A stretch of 64,000 nucleotides of DNA from assembly GCF_032062105.1 (NCBI RefSeq), contig NW_026935438.1:310001-374000 (forward strand), in the 5' to 3' direction. The notes under the pieces were generated by a model. That model had not been told where the DNA came from. It did no database searches and saw only the letters and a list, made by a program, of their open reading frames with translations. The stretch's first letter is position 1, and every line of letters starts with the position of its first letter. This document shows, one piece after another, positions 24,102 to 38,108 of the stretch. This DNA is from Saccostrea cucullata. Taxonomy: Eukaryota. The translations under genes were made by a program, and so were the position numbers.

Positions 24102-27100
24102 GATTGACCTGAGTGTCCGCAGCAGGAGAGTGATGGTGTCTCTAGACGTCTTAATCTGCGCCTCCACAAACGTAGACAACGACTCCCCGAAAGCCAACAG
24201 TCTCTGCTGTCTGAAGGACTTTAACTACAAGAGATTTTATATAGATAGACACTATTTGAATTTCTAATGTCTTGAAGCATAAAAATGAGCAAAGGAAAAG
24301 CTTAATAGGATTAAATTTTTGCTGTGATACTGGGAATCGTTTTAATATGTGGGGATCAATGTTCATTGGTAAGCAAAATTTGATCTGTTCATTGGGACGT
24401 ATTTTCTTGGTTTACTCGTAAAAACGATGGTTCAATGAATCAATATGTTAACAAAATAAATGTTCATGGGGATGTAATTTGAATTCCACGAACCTTGGTC
24501 CCTCACTAACAATGATGATTCTACAGTATATATTTATACATGTAACAAGCACATTTGTAATGCCAATAACATCACCAAAATCTTCTGTTAAATATAACCT
24601 TACCTCTCGTCTGGCAGTGTCTGAGCATTCTTCAAAGGATTTCTCCGTGGTCAGTTTAACTTCTTCTGCCTAAAAAGTACACAAAAAGGAAATTTGAAGT
24701 TTTCTCTAAATATCAGCTTAGTCACTTTAACTTAAGGACAGATGATACAAAGAAACTTTTTTCAAAAAATTTGAAACTTGAGTCATGTTTAAATGAGTAT
24801 AATGAACAAGTTTCTCCGCGTAGGTTTTAATTTTTTATTCAAAATTTCACAGATATTGGATTTGAGGTGAGAAGTACTTGTATAGATTAATAAGGATCAT
24901 TTCAGTGAGGCAGAATTTTGACCATCATGAAGGTTTACAATTTCTTTATATTTTAGAAATTTATTATTTACATCATTATCAATGAAATTAGACCAAAAAA
25001 TCTATACCAATCCAGGCATCCATTTTTTTGTTTGTAGCATCTGTCCTTAAATAACAATAATTTTGAATTGAATTGAATCATTCTTACCGCTGTTCTCTTG
25101 TTTGGCTTGGCCTTCTCTAGAGACTTGGTGGCGTCTTCATATGTCACCAGCAAACAAGTCCTCCTAAATAACATCTCCTACAAAATAGGGTAGAGAGGAG
25201 TTTTGTGACTATAGAAGTGTATTTATTCTTAAGGTTTTTGTTTCTGATGTCTTTTCTTTTTTTAAATTTCATTTCGTGAAAGGGGTATAAAAAAATCTGT
25301 TATTTCTTAATTGCATTTTATACCTTTACACTTTCCATATACTTGGCATACAGGTCGAGATGAACTCCCAAACTTTTTTCATCATTTCTAGACATAACTT
25401 CCAAGCCATGCTAAAATACAGAAGAAAACAAAGCTATAATCTATCTATATCTATTTATAAATATCTAAAATATATCTAATTATAAATACTGGGTACACGT
25501 ACAATTAAAATTCTCAAACCTAATTTCAACTTAACAAGCTGACAGCGCTATATTTTAAGAGAAAGGTTGTAGAGGTGGAAGGGTGGGGAAAGAGGGGGGG
25601 GGGGGCTGTTGCAAATGAAATGAGAAAAAAAACACAACAAAACCCAGTACATTTAATTGTTGTAATAAATCACATGAAGATATCCCAAACATAAATATTT
25701 AAAAAGAAGTTTTACAGTAGGAGAATTCAGCCATGCATGTAAAGTGTATCCTTTTCCTCAAAGATGTGCTTTTGGTACTACATGTAATAAAAGCTAGGCT
25801 TTTTAAAAGGAGTAAAATAATCACCTTGACATTTTCTGCACCTTCACCAAGAATCAACTGATATCTGGAAATCAAAATCCAAATGCTATCACCAATGTTT
25901 CATATTATTTGACAGGTGATATTTTATACTTAATGTAATTTTGGTATAAAAATAAGAGAAAAGGAAACCTGTTCATCTCTTTCTGGGAGTCATCGGTAAA
26001 TGGAACAGTCTCCTTGAGGACTGTTATTAAGTGACCATAACAGTTGGCTAATCCTAGAAAAATATACCCGGTATAATTCAGATTGAAATGCTCTCAAAGT
26101 GATAGACTTTTAACAGATTTTACTCATTTATACCTATATTTGTAAGTGATATTCAAATACTTACTCATTTGTGCAAACAGCATCTTGTTGAAATTCTGTT
26201 AAAAAAACAGTTCCATTAAAAATGCCTTCGAGGTGGACATATTTTATATTATGAAGTATGTGTAACGCTAATAAATAAAGAATAACACAGTGATTTGGAA
26301 ACAATATAATTCTGACCCATTATTTTACCAGAGAAGTCTCTTTCATACAAGCTGCATATTTAGTGGCCCAGTCTCTCTGTGTCTGGAAGTATTCATCTAC
26401 ATCCTATAGAACAAAAAATAAATTTAACCTGATGCTAGGTACTAACAATGCATTTTTTCTATACAATAACCCTAACATGACATTGTTTATTCATTATTAA
26501 TGATGGTATTAATGATAGTCAGACTTGCCATGTGTTGGCATAATCATGATAGTCAGACTTGCCTTGTGTTGGCCTTAAAGATAGTCACAGTTGCCTAGAG
26601 TTGGTCTTAATAATAGTCAGACTTTCCTTGTGTTGACCCTAATGATATTTACGCTTGCCATATGTTGGCCTTAAGGATTTCCATCCCTAATGGGACCAAA
26701 TTCCCTACCCTTAAATATCCGTCAAGTAAATAATACTCTGATATTATATTAAAGCATTTTATAGTAGAAAAGGATTGACTGCGATAAAGTTTCAAAAATC
26801 TCATTAATTAAGCAGTAGTTAATTAACAAAGATTGTACATTGAAGTCTATGGGGAAAAGCATTTTTTCAAAATAAAAATTCTAAAAATTTGAATATCAAA
26901 AAATCCTGCGGTGGAAAGATGCATTGAAACATTAAAAATAGAACGACAATTTAAAACAATATTTTTACCAGCTAAATTTTCTTTAATTGATTTTTTTTTT
27001 ATTTATTAAAAAAAGGGGAGATAACTCTTACCAAAATTCAAGGTCATAAATTAGGACATATCCCACTATACATACTTATAGTAATATATGGGAAGCATGT

Positions 27101-29954
27101 CTAAATAAACTGAGTATTCAATGCCTACATATCTGTTATATATTCAATTTCAATGAATTTGTTCCTATTAGGGATTGAATACCTTAATTATGGCCAGACT
27201 TGCCTTGTGTTGGCCTAAATGATGGTTAGACTTGCCTTGTTTTTGGCCTTAATGATAGTCAGATTTGCCTTGTGTTGGCTTTAATGATAGTAAGACTTGC
27301 CTTGTGTTGGCCTTAATGATAGTTACACTTGCCTTGAGTTGGCCTTAATGATGGAAAATACTTGCCTTGTGTTAGCCTTAATGATAGTCAGAATTGCCCT
27401 GAGTTGGCCTGAATGATAGTCACACTTGCCTTGTGTTGGCCTTAATGACAGTCACACTTGCCTTGTCGTGGTCTTATAAATGATAGTCACATTTGCCTTG
27501 TGTTAAACTAAATGATAGTCACACATACCTTATGTTGGCCTTAATAATAGTCACACTTGCATTCTATTGGCTTTAATGATAGTCACACTTGCCTTGTGTT
27601 GGCCTTTCCGTGCCTCATCCACTGCTTGGGAGACTCGCATAAACAAACTCTTCTTCAGTTTGGTCCTCACTGCTGCCTACAATTAATCTGTCACCAATAT
27701 CCTCAGGTTTTCAATATTTAGAATACCTAAAGAATCTACCTAATTAAATTTTATTTCCAAAATATAAATGCAATTATACATGTAGTAAATCTATTGGTTC
27801 TTTCTTGGAACAGAATTTGTTTGTAGGAACCTTTTGCACTTGGTTAATTCACAATCAACACCTAATAAAGATTCCTCAAAATAACATTTTAAAGCACATT
27901 TATTGTCAAAATTGACTGCCAAATATAAAACATAAAGGTGTATTACATCTGATAGTGCTGATTACCAAATCAATTATTGCTCCGGGGAGCATTATTTACC
28001 CTTGTATTATAAACAAAGCATACCTCTTTCTCACACAAAAACTTCTTTAGTAATTCACTTTTTCCAAACTTCTCATGGGAAATCACCATTTTTAGGTATC
28101 TATTAAAAAATATACAGCTATGTATACAGAGCTCTTTTAACAATTTTCAGGTACTGAGGTACTGAAAGGCTACTGCTGATGCTTTGAAGTATAGAGCAAT
28201 AAAACAAAAATGAAAACTTGATTTTTTTTAAAGATCAAATTTATTATTATAAACCAAGTTTTCCTCTCCAACCTTTCTACATTCCTGCAGTCTTTGTGAA
28301 ACTCGTCAGCCATGATAACATTGGCATCACTGCCTAGCTGTTTCTTTGTTTTGGACTCTGCAGCCTTGGCATCATATTCTGGCTTTGCAGGAAGGGGAGG
28401 GATCTAAAGGGGTGGAATTCATGAATCAGTATGTCAGCAAATTTCATTTAGAGATAAGTACAACTTCCTTTGTTACTACCCTGCTTATCCTATAACAGGA
28501 AGAATTCAAGTGAGAGCCAGGAAATATTTAAATGTATTATTCAGAGATACAAACGTGTTATGAAGAGAACATATCAAGTTTAACAATTTTTTTGTAAAAG
28601 AATGACAATTTCTGATAAACTTACAATGCATCCCACAACTGCATCCTCGGTCATCAGGCAATGCTGTAGCCATTCTAAGTCCTCATACTCACGGACTACT
28701 TCCTCCTGCTCATCATTATCAACCTATGTTATACAAAGTTGTCATAATCATGAAGTGAATGCAAAAAAATAACATATCTAAGGATTTCTGTAGAAGATAT
28801 TTAGAACATATCTTAACATACTATCCATGTACATTTGTAACTAAGATTGAAATGCATACACGTATGTATATATATGTAATTAAACTGCAGGGTTATGAGG
28901 AAGGAATTACATAAATGCATTGAAAATTTAAGCCTCTGCTCTCTATGACAACAGAACATCCTTCAAAAAGTTTGATCCTAAGTTGGAATTTCAAAATCAA
29001 TTTTCTGACATCCAATTTGTGGGGGTGTTAAATACAAAACTCCTTCCCTTTACCTGTTTACACCATGCACTAGATCAAGTTTACTCAATCAAGAATATAT
29101 ATATATATATAGTTATTGTCAGATCCCCAATATACTCAAACTGTTAAAATCTTTTTTCAGATCCATTTGATACTTCTCATTACCTTTGATACACAGATAG
29201 TAAACTGCAGAGCCTCTCCATTTTTTACAGCATTAGGTACTTTGACAGAGTAAAGGGGTTGGAATGGACCTAGGGTGGGAGAACTGGACAAGCCTGAATC
29301 CTCAGATACGCCATTATAATCTTGTTCCTTGGTTTGTGTCAGGTCTGAATTCGATGATATTGGGGAAGAAACATCTTGGATCGAATCATTTTCTGGCTCC
29401 TGACAATTTGATCAATCACATCCGATGTTAAACAAAAATCAAACAAACAAAACAAAAACACATGCAAATGGTACAAACACAGTCACACAAAACAAATCAC
29501 ATTGCGTTGTAGACCTAAAAACAGTGATTTCCTGTTAACTGATGAAATATGCTAGTCTATCATTATCAATGTTTACATATATATTTTATGTTCAATCTAT
29601 TTTACAAAATAAATACATGTTGCTAGTTAAATATTGTTCAAAGCATAATGATCAATCCAGAACAACATTCGAACCAAAGAATGTAAACATGGTTATGAAA
29701 GTAAATGAAAATTTGACACCAGTTTTGCATTTGGTGGGTGTTTTCAAAAAAAGGGGGCGTACCCTATTTAGACTGAAACTGTCTTAGTGTCTACATGGCA
29801 ATTATTTATGAACTGAATCACTTAGTCTACTATTCACATTCTTGCTCTGTATTCATATCATCTTATCATAACGGTAACCTAAAATTCTACAGCTCAGAGA
29901 TTAGCACAAAACTAAATTTCTATTAATTAACGTTAAGTTTTTTACCTTCATCAT
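24066..29954 (-). CDS. Sorting nexin of the PX-BAR class, SNX5/6/32-like but divergent; 14 coding exons
   Basis: Spliced peptides MMK|EPEND..., VVREYEDLEWLQHCL..GCI|IPPLPAKPEYDA (PX), GQHK|DVDEYFQ, EMLFRRTCLLVTYEDATKSLEKAK, FEECSDTARRE|LKSFRQQRLLAFGESL (SNX5/6-type BAR). ATG at 29954, TGA at 24068-24066. One GC donor at 27592-27591. Confidence 0.85.
26510..27605 (-). repeat. About 32-bp minisatellite (roughly 18 units) made of the sorting nexin exon-6 3' end plus its GC donor
   Basis: Minus-strand unit AAGGCCAACACAAG|GCAAGTGTGACTATCATT. Moderately diverged. Interrupted at 26675-27183. Confidence 0.9.
26675..27183. mobile_element. Kolobok-like TIR element with TTAA TSD, inserted in the minisatellite
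   Basis: TTAA|GGATTTCCATCCCTAATGGGACCAAATTC ... GAATTTGTTCCTATTAGGGATTGAATACC|TTAA. Confidence 0.75.
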
Positions 29955-31792
29955 ACGGTCAGCTTAGACCGGATATCAAAGAACATTTCTAATAGTCGGG
30001 TCCCATTGTTAAGGGTTCCGTGCATTACAAATGTTTCTCAATTTTACAAAAATACCGAAAGCTTTAAGAATTCACAGGTGTACAGATGATATGATAATGA
30101 TAATTTTGTTTCATTTCTCTTGCCATGTTTTATTAACATAGTAAAATTACTCATAGCCATTAATTATTAATGTAAGGAGATTATTGTACAAACAAATTAC
30201 ATTTTGGATTTCCCCTGTTCTATAAATAGAGTACATGATACATACGGACATTGCAGTTTTCACCAGATTTTTCCAGATAGAATAACTGGACAAATGCACT
30301 TGTTTGAACTAAAATAAATTGACATTTTGAAAAAAGTGACACACGGGAAAACTTAAAATATTGTACATTAAACAATGGTACATAAATAGCATAAAGACAA
30401 CTTAATTGAAATGTTCATCAATATATTAAATATTTATATAAGAATACATGTTGTAAGAGGACTGAATGCATTTGATTATTATTCCTTTGTGTCCCATAAA
30501 ACCCGGCTGTTTCATCGTCAAATCGATGAAACTGCGTGTTCTTTCAACCTTGTGCTCTAAAATCCCCTTTTCTAAATATAGCAATTTGAAAGCAATGTAT
30601 TTAACTGAACAGATTGTGTGTTTTTCTTTAACCTAAAGTATGGGCAAACTTCGGGTATGTTTCTCTACTTGTTTTTATTATTAGAAGTATCATTATTATT
30701 TATTTATTTATTTATTTTTTTTTTTTTTTGCAAAATAGATCAATATTTGTGCCAAATTTATATAAACTATTTTTAATTATTATCCGGGTGAAAACAGAAG
30801 GGGGGGGGGTATACATGGAATTGCAGAATATATAGACTCACTGATTGAATGTCCATTATATAAACATGATAGAGATGACTTTTTTAAGGTTATTGCTATA
30901 AGTAATAAAAATGTCTATACATTAACAAATAAAGAAAAATTTTTATGGATTAAGTCTAATGAAAATGACATGTTGCTTATCAAGCTGGGTAATTTTTTAA
31001 TCAATATCTTTAAAATAGAAATAGCGCATCATGCAATGTTAAAAAAAGAAACAAATAAATGCAAAAGAGTAATAATGTTTATACTCTAGTGAAAAAGCTT
31101 TATATGTACAGTATGTCGATTATATATGTTGTAATCCCCAACCGCTGTATCATCATTAATCTTTTGTTAGTTGCTACTATCAATTTTGAAATTCTTCTTG
31201 TATGCTTTTATTTTTACTTGTATGCCCTGATGGGCCCAAAATTGGTATTAATAAATCTTACCTTATCTTATAGATTCTCTCTTCCCAAATTATGCAAATA
31301 GACAATCGTCATATTTTTTTTAACTTTGTATCATAATTATTCAATCACTTAAGATTTGTGAAATATTTCCAAGTGGTTATCATAAAATGCGGATTATTAT
31401 TCACAAACATCGAGAGACAAAAAAAAAAAATACAAAAAACAAACAAACAAGCAAACAAATAAACAACCACCCCCCCCAAAAAAAACCCTCTCCTTATCCG
31501 GATAAATTGTTTGCAAGGTTTTTAAACATCCTCCTTGAAAAACAAATTAAATTGTGTGTGGGTGGGGATATTTGGTATCTTTACAGACTAATATGACAAG
31601 GAACAAAAAACTCATTAAATGTCTACATTGTCTAAATCCTAATATAAAATACCTTATAGCAATAAGGGAGTTGATGGAGAGAAAAAAATCTATATAAAAA
31701 TACTCTTCCCAGAAAACGGAGGGGTCGGGTCTTCTTCTCTGCTCATGATCTTCTCTTCTCTTTCAACTATTACAAAAAAAAGCAAAGGGGTG

Positions 31793-34700
31793 TGTGGCAA
31801 CGCACTTTGAAAAAATTACGCACTTTTAATTTTTTTTTTCTCAAAATGTGTTAAAATTGGGACAAAATCAACGCACTTTGAAAGTTTGTTCAAAGTGCGT
31901 TAAATTTGGGACACACTCAACGCACTTTGAAAAAAAAAAAATTCAAATTGCGTTAACTAAGAGTGTACATAAACATTTTTTTACCATGGGGAAATTTAAC
32001 GCACTTTGAAAAAAATATGTAGAGTATTAAACAAAAAATCTAGACTTCGATTTTATGTAATTGAGAGAATTAATTTGTAATACTTATATCTTTCGAAAAT
32101 TTTTAATTTACGTGAATTGATTTAACCTCATTGAGAACAAGGAGAAGACGAGTAGAATCACTCAGCCCAACTCTTCTTTTACATAGCCGTGGGTAGCAAA
32201 TTGAACGTTGCCCCCCCCCCCCCCCCGAAAGTAAGACCCAATTTTCAATGTCTCTATTATGTAACTGAATCTTTGTAAAACATTCGTGTGCCTAAGCATC
32301 CGGTACCCGATGCCTATGCTATACCAAAATATGTATTTGCATAACTACATGTAGTATGACGTTGAAAACTTTCGATATATAAATTTTAGTTTACATAAAA
32401 TGCATGCAAACTGGAAAAAATTAAGTACAATTATAAAACATTTAAGAGAGAAAGAATTTTCAAAGTATGGAAAAATCAAAATCGCTCACTTTCACATCCT
32501 GAAGTGACCTTATCACCGAACAGTTATCCAAAAGGTTCAATTATTTATCATCCCTAAGATTTGCAGGAATATCGTATCGACCATACAGTTTTTTCAAAGT
32601 GCGTTAATATGGTCGATATTAACGCACTTTGAAAAGAAAGGATGAGGTGACTTGCGGCCCCTCGTATACTGACAAAAAATTAAATGTCAGAATTTTACTC
32701 AAATTTTTGTGTGTAACTAATTACTGATATGTATACTTTTATAGAATACTATTTTTAACAAAAATAGCAACGTGATTTGAAAGATATAAATCTTTTATTG
32801 GGGTAGGGGTATCATGTTTACATTCAATTCCCATTGCATTTTAACCCCGCCCCACTCTTTGAAGCCCTTAAAATATACGAGCGCAGATAGGTACAATTTT
32901 CTCCTTTGGCTGGTCACTGTATTTTATTGAAATCTACCTATATGTGAAATGAGAAAATTGTACCTAACTGCGCTCACATGATATTTTTTAAAAATTTGTA
33001 AAATCTAGTTGGCCTTTCCCATTATAAACAAATCGACGGAACTAGATTTTCTGACGCAAGAATGAATTCATATGTTAATCGAGGCACAGGCGATACTTTC
33101 TATAACTGACCAATCAGCTAAAGGCCCTGTCACACCGACCTGCGTTCACACGGAGTCGTTACGGCGTTGTTAAATTTTTAAAATCGCCGTGGAATACCTA
33201 TAGGAAATGTAAAATTTTCACAATGTGAAGATCACACGGCGTTTTTTCTATGGAGATCTCACGGCATTCTAAAATCGGCGATTGACTGCGCTTCCGCGGA
33301 GTTTTCACCTCGTGTTCACGGCGTTCTCACTGCGCTGGCTGCGTTCACAATACGTTCACAAACTCAATATATATTCAGAAGGAATGTGAAACATTTTTGT
33401 TTAAAGATTCAAGTTACACGATGAAAAGACTTCTTATCATGCCAAGAAAAATTCTTAATAATTAAAAATGTTCTATTTAAATAATTTAGTACTAAAATTA
33501 TTAAATAAATACTTTTTTGGTTAAACTCCTTTTTTTCTCAATTTTATCGGTTCAGATGTGTTGTTAAATTTTCTTTGATTTTATTATGAACGTAAACAAA
33601 ATTTTAAATTTAAAGAAACAACAGAACAGCCGTGTAATCGCTGTCGAAAAAATCACAAGCCGTTAAATCTCATTAGAAGCGCCGTAAAAACGCGATAGAA
33701 ACACAGTGACATCTCCAAGGACTCCGCGACATCTCCGTGAGGTCTCCGTGGAAGCGCAGTCTTCTATCACTGCGTTCGTGCCGCAATCATGTGCGTCTTC
33801 ACGGCGTTCGTACGGAGCTCCCACTACGTTGTTGGGGATCTCACCGCGCTGCTACGGCGATCATACTACGTTTCTACTGCGTTCTTGTCAGACCGCGATC
33901 ACACGGCGCGTACTTGTGCATGCCCAAAGTGACTAGGAGACCCTACGCGACCCTCAGCATTCAGTAAGTTTACTGCGATCACCTCGGCGTTTTGCATTTT
34001 ATGAGGACGCCATGCAGTCGCCGTGAGGACGCAGCCCCGGTGTGACAGGGGTTTAAATGAAATTCGTTACGAGTGAGTTACACAAAAATACTATTGAAAC
34101 TTGCTTGGGATTTTACTGCTTTCCGATAATTTTTAATGCATTTGAGTGGCAGATTAGACACGTTTCTACATACGTACCATTTCCGAGGCCACTGTAAAAT
34201 TTATATACAGTTACAAACAACTGATAGAATATACATGATATAGGCCTACATTTAAGTTTTGTAGCGTGTTTGGTGAGCAATTCGCTAGGTCTACACGTAT
34301 TCCCGAGTATCGGTGAATACAAGTGAATTTCTTGTCCTTAAAACCGTAAATGCTGAAAATCCATGTGTATTTTTAAGTATAAACAGCATTGGCTGACCAT
34401 TATAAAAGTTTGAAATGTAGAAAAGGACAACAGGTAAATTTACTTAAACCACGTGTCTGCGGTAAAATGTACACGTAGTAAACCAGCATGTTTTGTTGTT
34501 GTCATCGGATTGGACAATGACTAAGTGCGAAATAATAACAATAGCCATATAAGGTCATTATAAAAGTTTGAAATTAGAAAAGGACAACAGGACACGCATA
34601 TCCATGTTTTGTTGTTGTCATCGGATTATTGTGCGAAATAATAACAATAGACCCGCCCATTCTCTTGCCATGAAAGATAATATTCTCACAAACCTGGCCG

Positions 34701-34991
34701 AATTCAGCTGTGATAGGGTCTAAAAAATCAAAGATAATGCAGTATTCCTTATAACGAAAATGTGTCTGAACTATTGAAACTATTCAAAAGGAGTCGTATT
34801 TATTCACTCATGTTTGAAAACTAACAATATCGTTGTAGATTAAATATAATTCGTCGTGGAAAAAGGGGCCCCAGATAACAGTTATGTCACATCATCCTTT
34901 TATTTTTTCAAAGTGCGTTAATTGGTCCCAAGTTTAACGCACTTTGAAAATTTTGTTCAAAGTGCGTAATTTTTCAAAGTGCGTTGCAACA
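31793..34991. mobile_element. 3.2-kb non-autonomous TIR element, TGT...ACA termini, 6-bp TSD, repeated AACGCACTTTGAA motifs (superfamily uncertain)
   Basis: GGGGTG|TGTGGCAACGCACTTTGAAAAAATTACGCAC ... GTGCGTAATTTTTCAAAGTGCGTTGCAACA|GGGGTG. Confidence 0.8.
33122..34053. mobile_element. PIF/Harbinger-like non-autonomous element nested in the previous element
   Basis: TAA|AGGCCCTGTCACACCG ... CGGTGTGACAGGGGTT|TAA, with GC-rich CACGGCG subterminal repeats. Confidence 0.75.
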
Positions 34992-34999
34992 GGGGTGCC

Positions 35000-35120
35000 T
35001 TCGCTAGCCAAGTCTAGAGGACTCGGATAAACTACCAAAAATCCCGGAAAAAGCCCGGAATCGTTCGAATGTTAGTGTAGTCTTTTCCGCGCTAAGCGAT
35101 GACGCCATGTTGTAAACTTA
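35000..35120. promoter_or_regulatory. Possible housekeeping-type core promoter (candidate for the Nup98 non-coding first exon)
   Basis: Locally CpG-rich, with two CCGGAA (ETS-like) motifs and CGCCATGTTG (YY1-like). The Nup98 ATG exon has an acceptor at 38078, so an upstream exon is implied. The TSS cannot be determined. Confidence 0.3.
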
Positions 35121-38108
35121 GAATGTGATATCACAACGAAATGAAACTGGAATAATCCCGATTTATCTTGATGTAAGATGTTTAAAACTGTATATATAGG
35201 GGTAACAACACAGTAATGAATGGATTTACATTCGAAGATTACTGTTATGTGTGATACGCCATTTTTCCTATGACGACACAATATTTTATAGTCTCCTCAT
35301 TGTACTTTAGTCTTTACTTCGTATCTAAGATTTAGGTAAATATAACAATGTTCAACTTCATAAAGGAGTGTCTGTTGAATTTTTCTCAGTTTTTTTTTCT
35401 CAAAATGATGTGGAAGTGGAGTGTGGTGTTTGTTTTAAGAATGTGTGTGAAAAAGATTCGGAAGTAAACTTTTTTGAAAATATTGAAGAAATGTTGAAAC
35501 ATGGTGCAGGAAAACAATTCTGTGATTCATACATTCAATATACATAGTATAATTTTGTTGATGTTTTTCATACATTGCATTTTTATTAGAAGGAAACATC
35601 CAAGTTAGAAGCCCTAAATTTCTTTTGTCCAAGAGTTGTGCTCTTATTTTCCTCAAGTATCTCTCTGGATTTTTTTTTTTTTTTTTTTTTTGCTGCTGCA
35701 CCGTACATTATTGGAAAATATCATATGAATTTTAGAACAGACGATAAGGTCATAAACAGGTAAAATGTAGTCTAAAGGAAATTTTCACTTCTCTTGGCAT
35801 AAATCAGCTTTACCGCATATCAAAAGAAAGTCTAAATTACTTTTGGTTGCATTAGTGCTATAGTAGGGGACCTTCGCATAGTTTACATTATTTACACAGA
35901 AGTCACATGTCCGATTTATAACTTTTAGCATTTTTAATGTAATTTCTGCTGAGGTCATGATCCTAGGTAGTGGGACCTGTTTTTCAAATGTGCGAAGTAT
36001 ATATTCATAGTGGTATGCAAATCAGCAATTTTTGAAACCAGGATTGTGCAACCCCCCCCCCCCCCCCTTACACACTCTCAGGCAATTTGCCAAAGATTCA
36101 CACACACATGTATGGAAAAATATAAAATTTGGAAAATATATTGGTTCTACGTCCTTATTTCTTTAGTGTATCAAAAAATTTAACACATTTAAAAAACTAC
36201 CGAAGCCTTAAAATTGAATGGATTTGCAGCATTTCCGAAGAGTAGAATGGATTTTCTTAATGAATTTGAAAATCCTTTTTGGGTTGGGTATGAAACAATG
36301 AATTAAATTTTAGTTCCTTCATTAGATTTAATTTTAAAAAACGACACCTTCTTGTATATAGCCAACACAGCCAAATTTTTTAATATCAAATTTAACCTCG
36401 CATGTTACATATCATATATAAGATTTATAAAAATAAGTAGAATATTTTCTACCCTTCACTCATAAAAAGTAATAGTGAAGGTGAATGGAAAAACTAAATG
36501 TGTGAGAATCTATCTATTCAATACATATTTAAGTTAGACGTACAAATACTTATTCTTGGGAAACGTTTTATATATATTCATAGCCAATGGTATGCATAGG
36601 TACTTTGAAGATGTTAACAAAACTTCCTGAATTTAAAGAAAAATATAAATAACTGGTATGACATAGGAAATGGAACAGTATTTCATATTTATTTACAAAA
36701 AAGTCAAATGGATAAAATCAAATCATGGTCAGGGCTCTCCATTGTTTAAAATTTTATTGTGTTACAGAGATTATGCGAAGCACTAAAATTTCGCGGTATT
36801 TTTGCGATCAAATTCGCAATCGAAGCACTATTCATTATATAATAACAAAAGAATACATACACAGACTTTTACAAAAAAAAATCGCTAATTCGTTACACTG
36901 TATGGTCTTACATATATTGATCAATAAAAGTAAAAACACATGTTCTGAAAAGCAGAGGAAATTCTGGTCATTACATTCTAACTACACAACATTTTTGAAA
37001 GAAAATTTGCCATGATTATTTGTCAGTTTTCTTGATCGAATTAGTGAATTACAAAAAAAAACCCCAAACTTCTGGATAGCAAAATACTTTTAAGAGTTCT
37101 TTGAACATGTCGAAAATTTTAAGCAATTTATTTACATCAGTTGAATGACTTCAGCAAAATGTTATATTTGACTCACAGTGCTAACATAATTCTAAAGCAG
37201 TGGCTCTATAGAAAAGACATATTTAAATATTTTATTTAGATAATACAATCTATTTTAATGCAACTACCAATTAACTGTTACATGGAAGTGTGAAAACAAA
37301 TTATTTGTCTTTGTTCCTTCATGCAAAAAGTCTGGCGAGGGTCTAGGAGATAATAAATATTATGCAAGGTGAAGCCCTAGTAATTAAGGGCTCTACATTT
37401 TAGAATTGAAAGACGGTATACTTGTTTGATTCAAGGATCTGTTAAAGAGAATTTATATTTTTGGATTTTCTAATTATCACAGAATTTACTGTGTCGGCAA
37501 AATTTTTACTGTGTCGCACGCATAAAATTTTAATCGTTACTATGTCGGAGAAAATTTTACTGTGTCGGGAGCAATACAGTATGTCTCATGGACCTCCAAG
37601 AGATCATTTTGTTTTGTTTAAATGAAAGCAGTTACTGAATTTGCAGATTGAGTGGTAAAAATTAATTTGACTGTGAACGATTGTTTTACAAGCTGTTACT
37701 TTTCAAGTATCACACTAAGAAAATTTAGCCATACTGTATACCATGTTTTTATGCATGATAAACCTGACTATGATATACATGTACTATCAATCCCAAGCAA
37801 AAAAGATTTTGTCCAGTGCATCAAACTACTGGTAATAAGAAATACTTTGGTGAATTTTTACCATGTGTTGTGAACTTTTTCCTTCCTATCTGTAATTAAT
37901 TCAAACTAAGAGTTCAAAGGTCTTCCTGATTGGAGAATGTAAGACGATGATTATGTTTTTTTATTACGCAGAAACATAAACACCATCTTTCTTTTTGATG
38001 TGTGAGTGTGTGACAATTGCCACAATTGGGCAGAATCCCTATTGAGACAAGTATTATGATTTATCTTTTTTTTTTCAGATATATCAGAGAAGTAAATAAA
38101 GAAGAAAC

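Noticed and set aside
23806-24267. 153-aa plus-strand ORF with 28-aa repeats
   Set aside because: Antisense to the sorting nexin last exon. It is open only because the 84-bp unit is a multiple of three.
33706-33967. GC-rich overlapping ORFs
   Set aside because: Subterminal repeats of the Harbinger-like element, with no transposase motifs.
37484-37570. Four short repeats of TTTACTGTGTCG upstream of the Nup98 ATG exon
   Set aside because: Too short and without termini or TSD to classify. Probably a transposon remnant.
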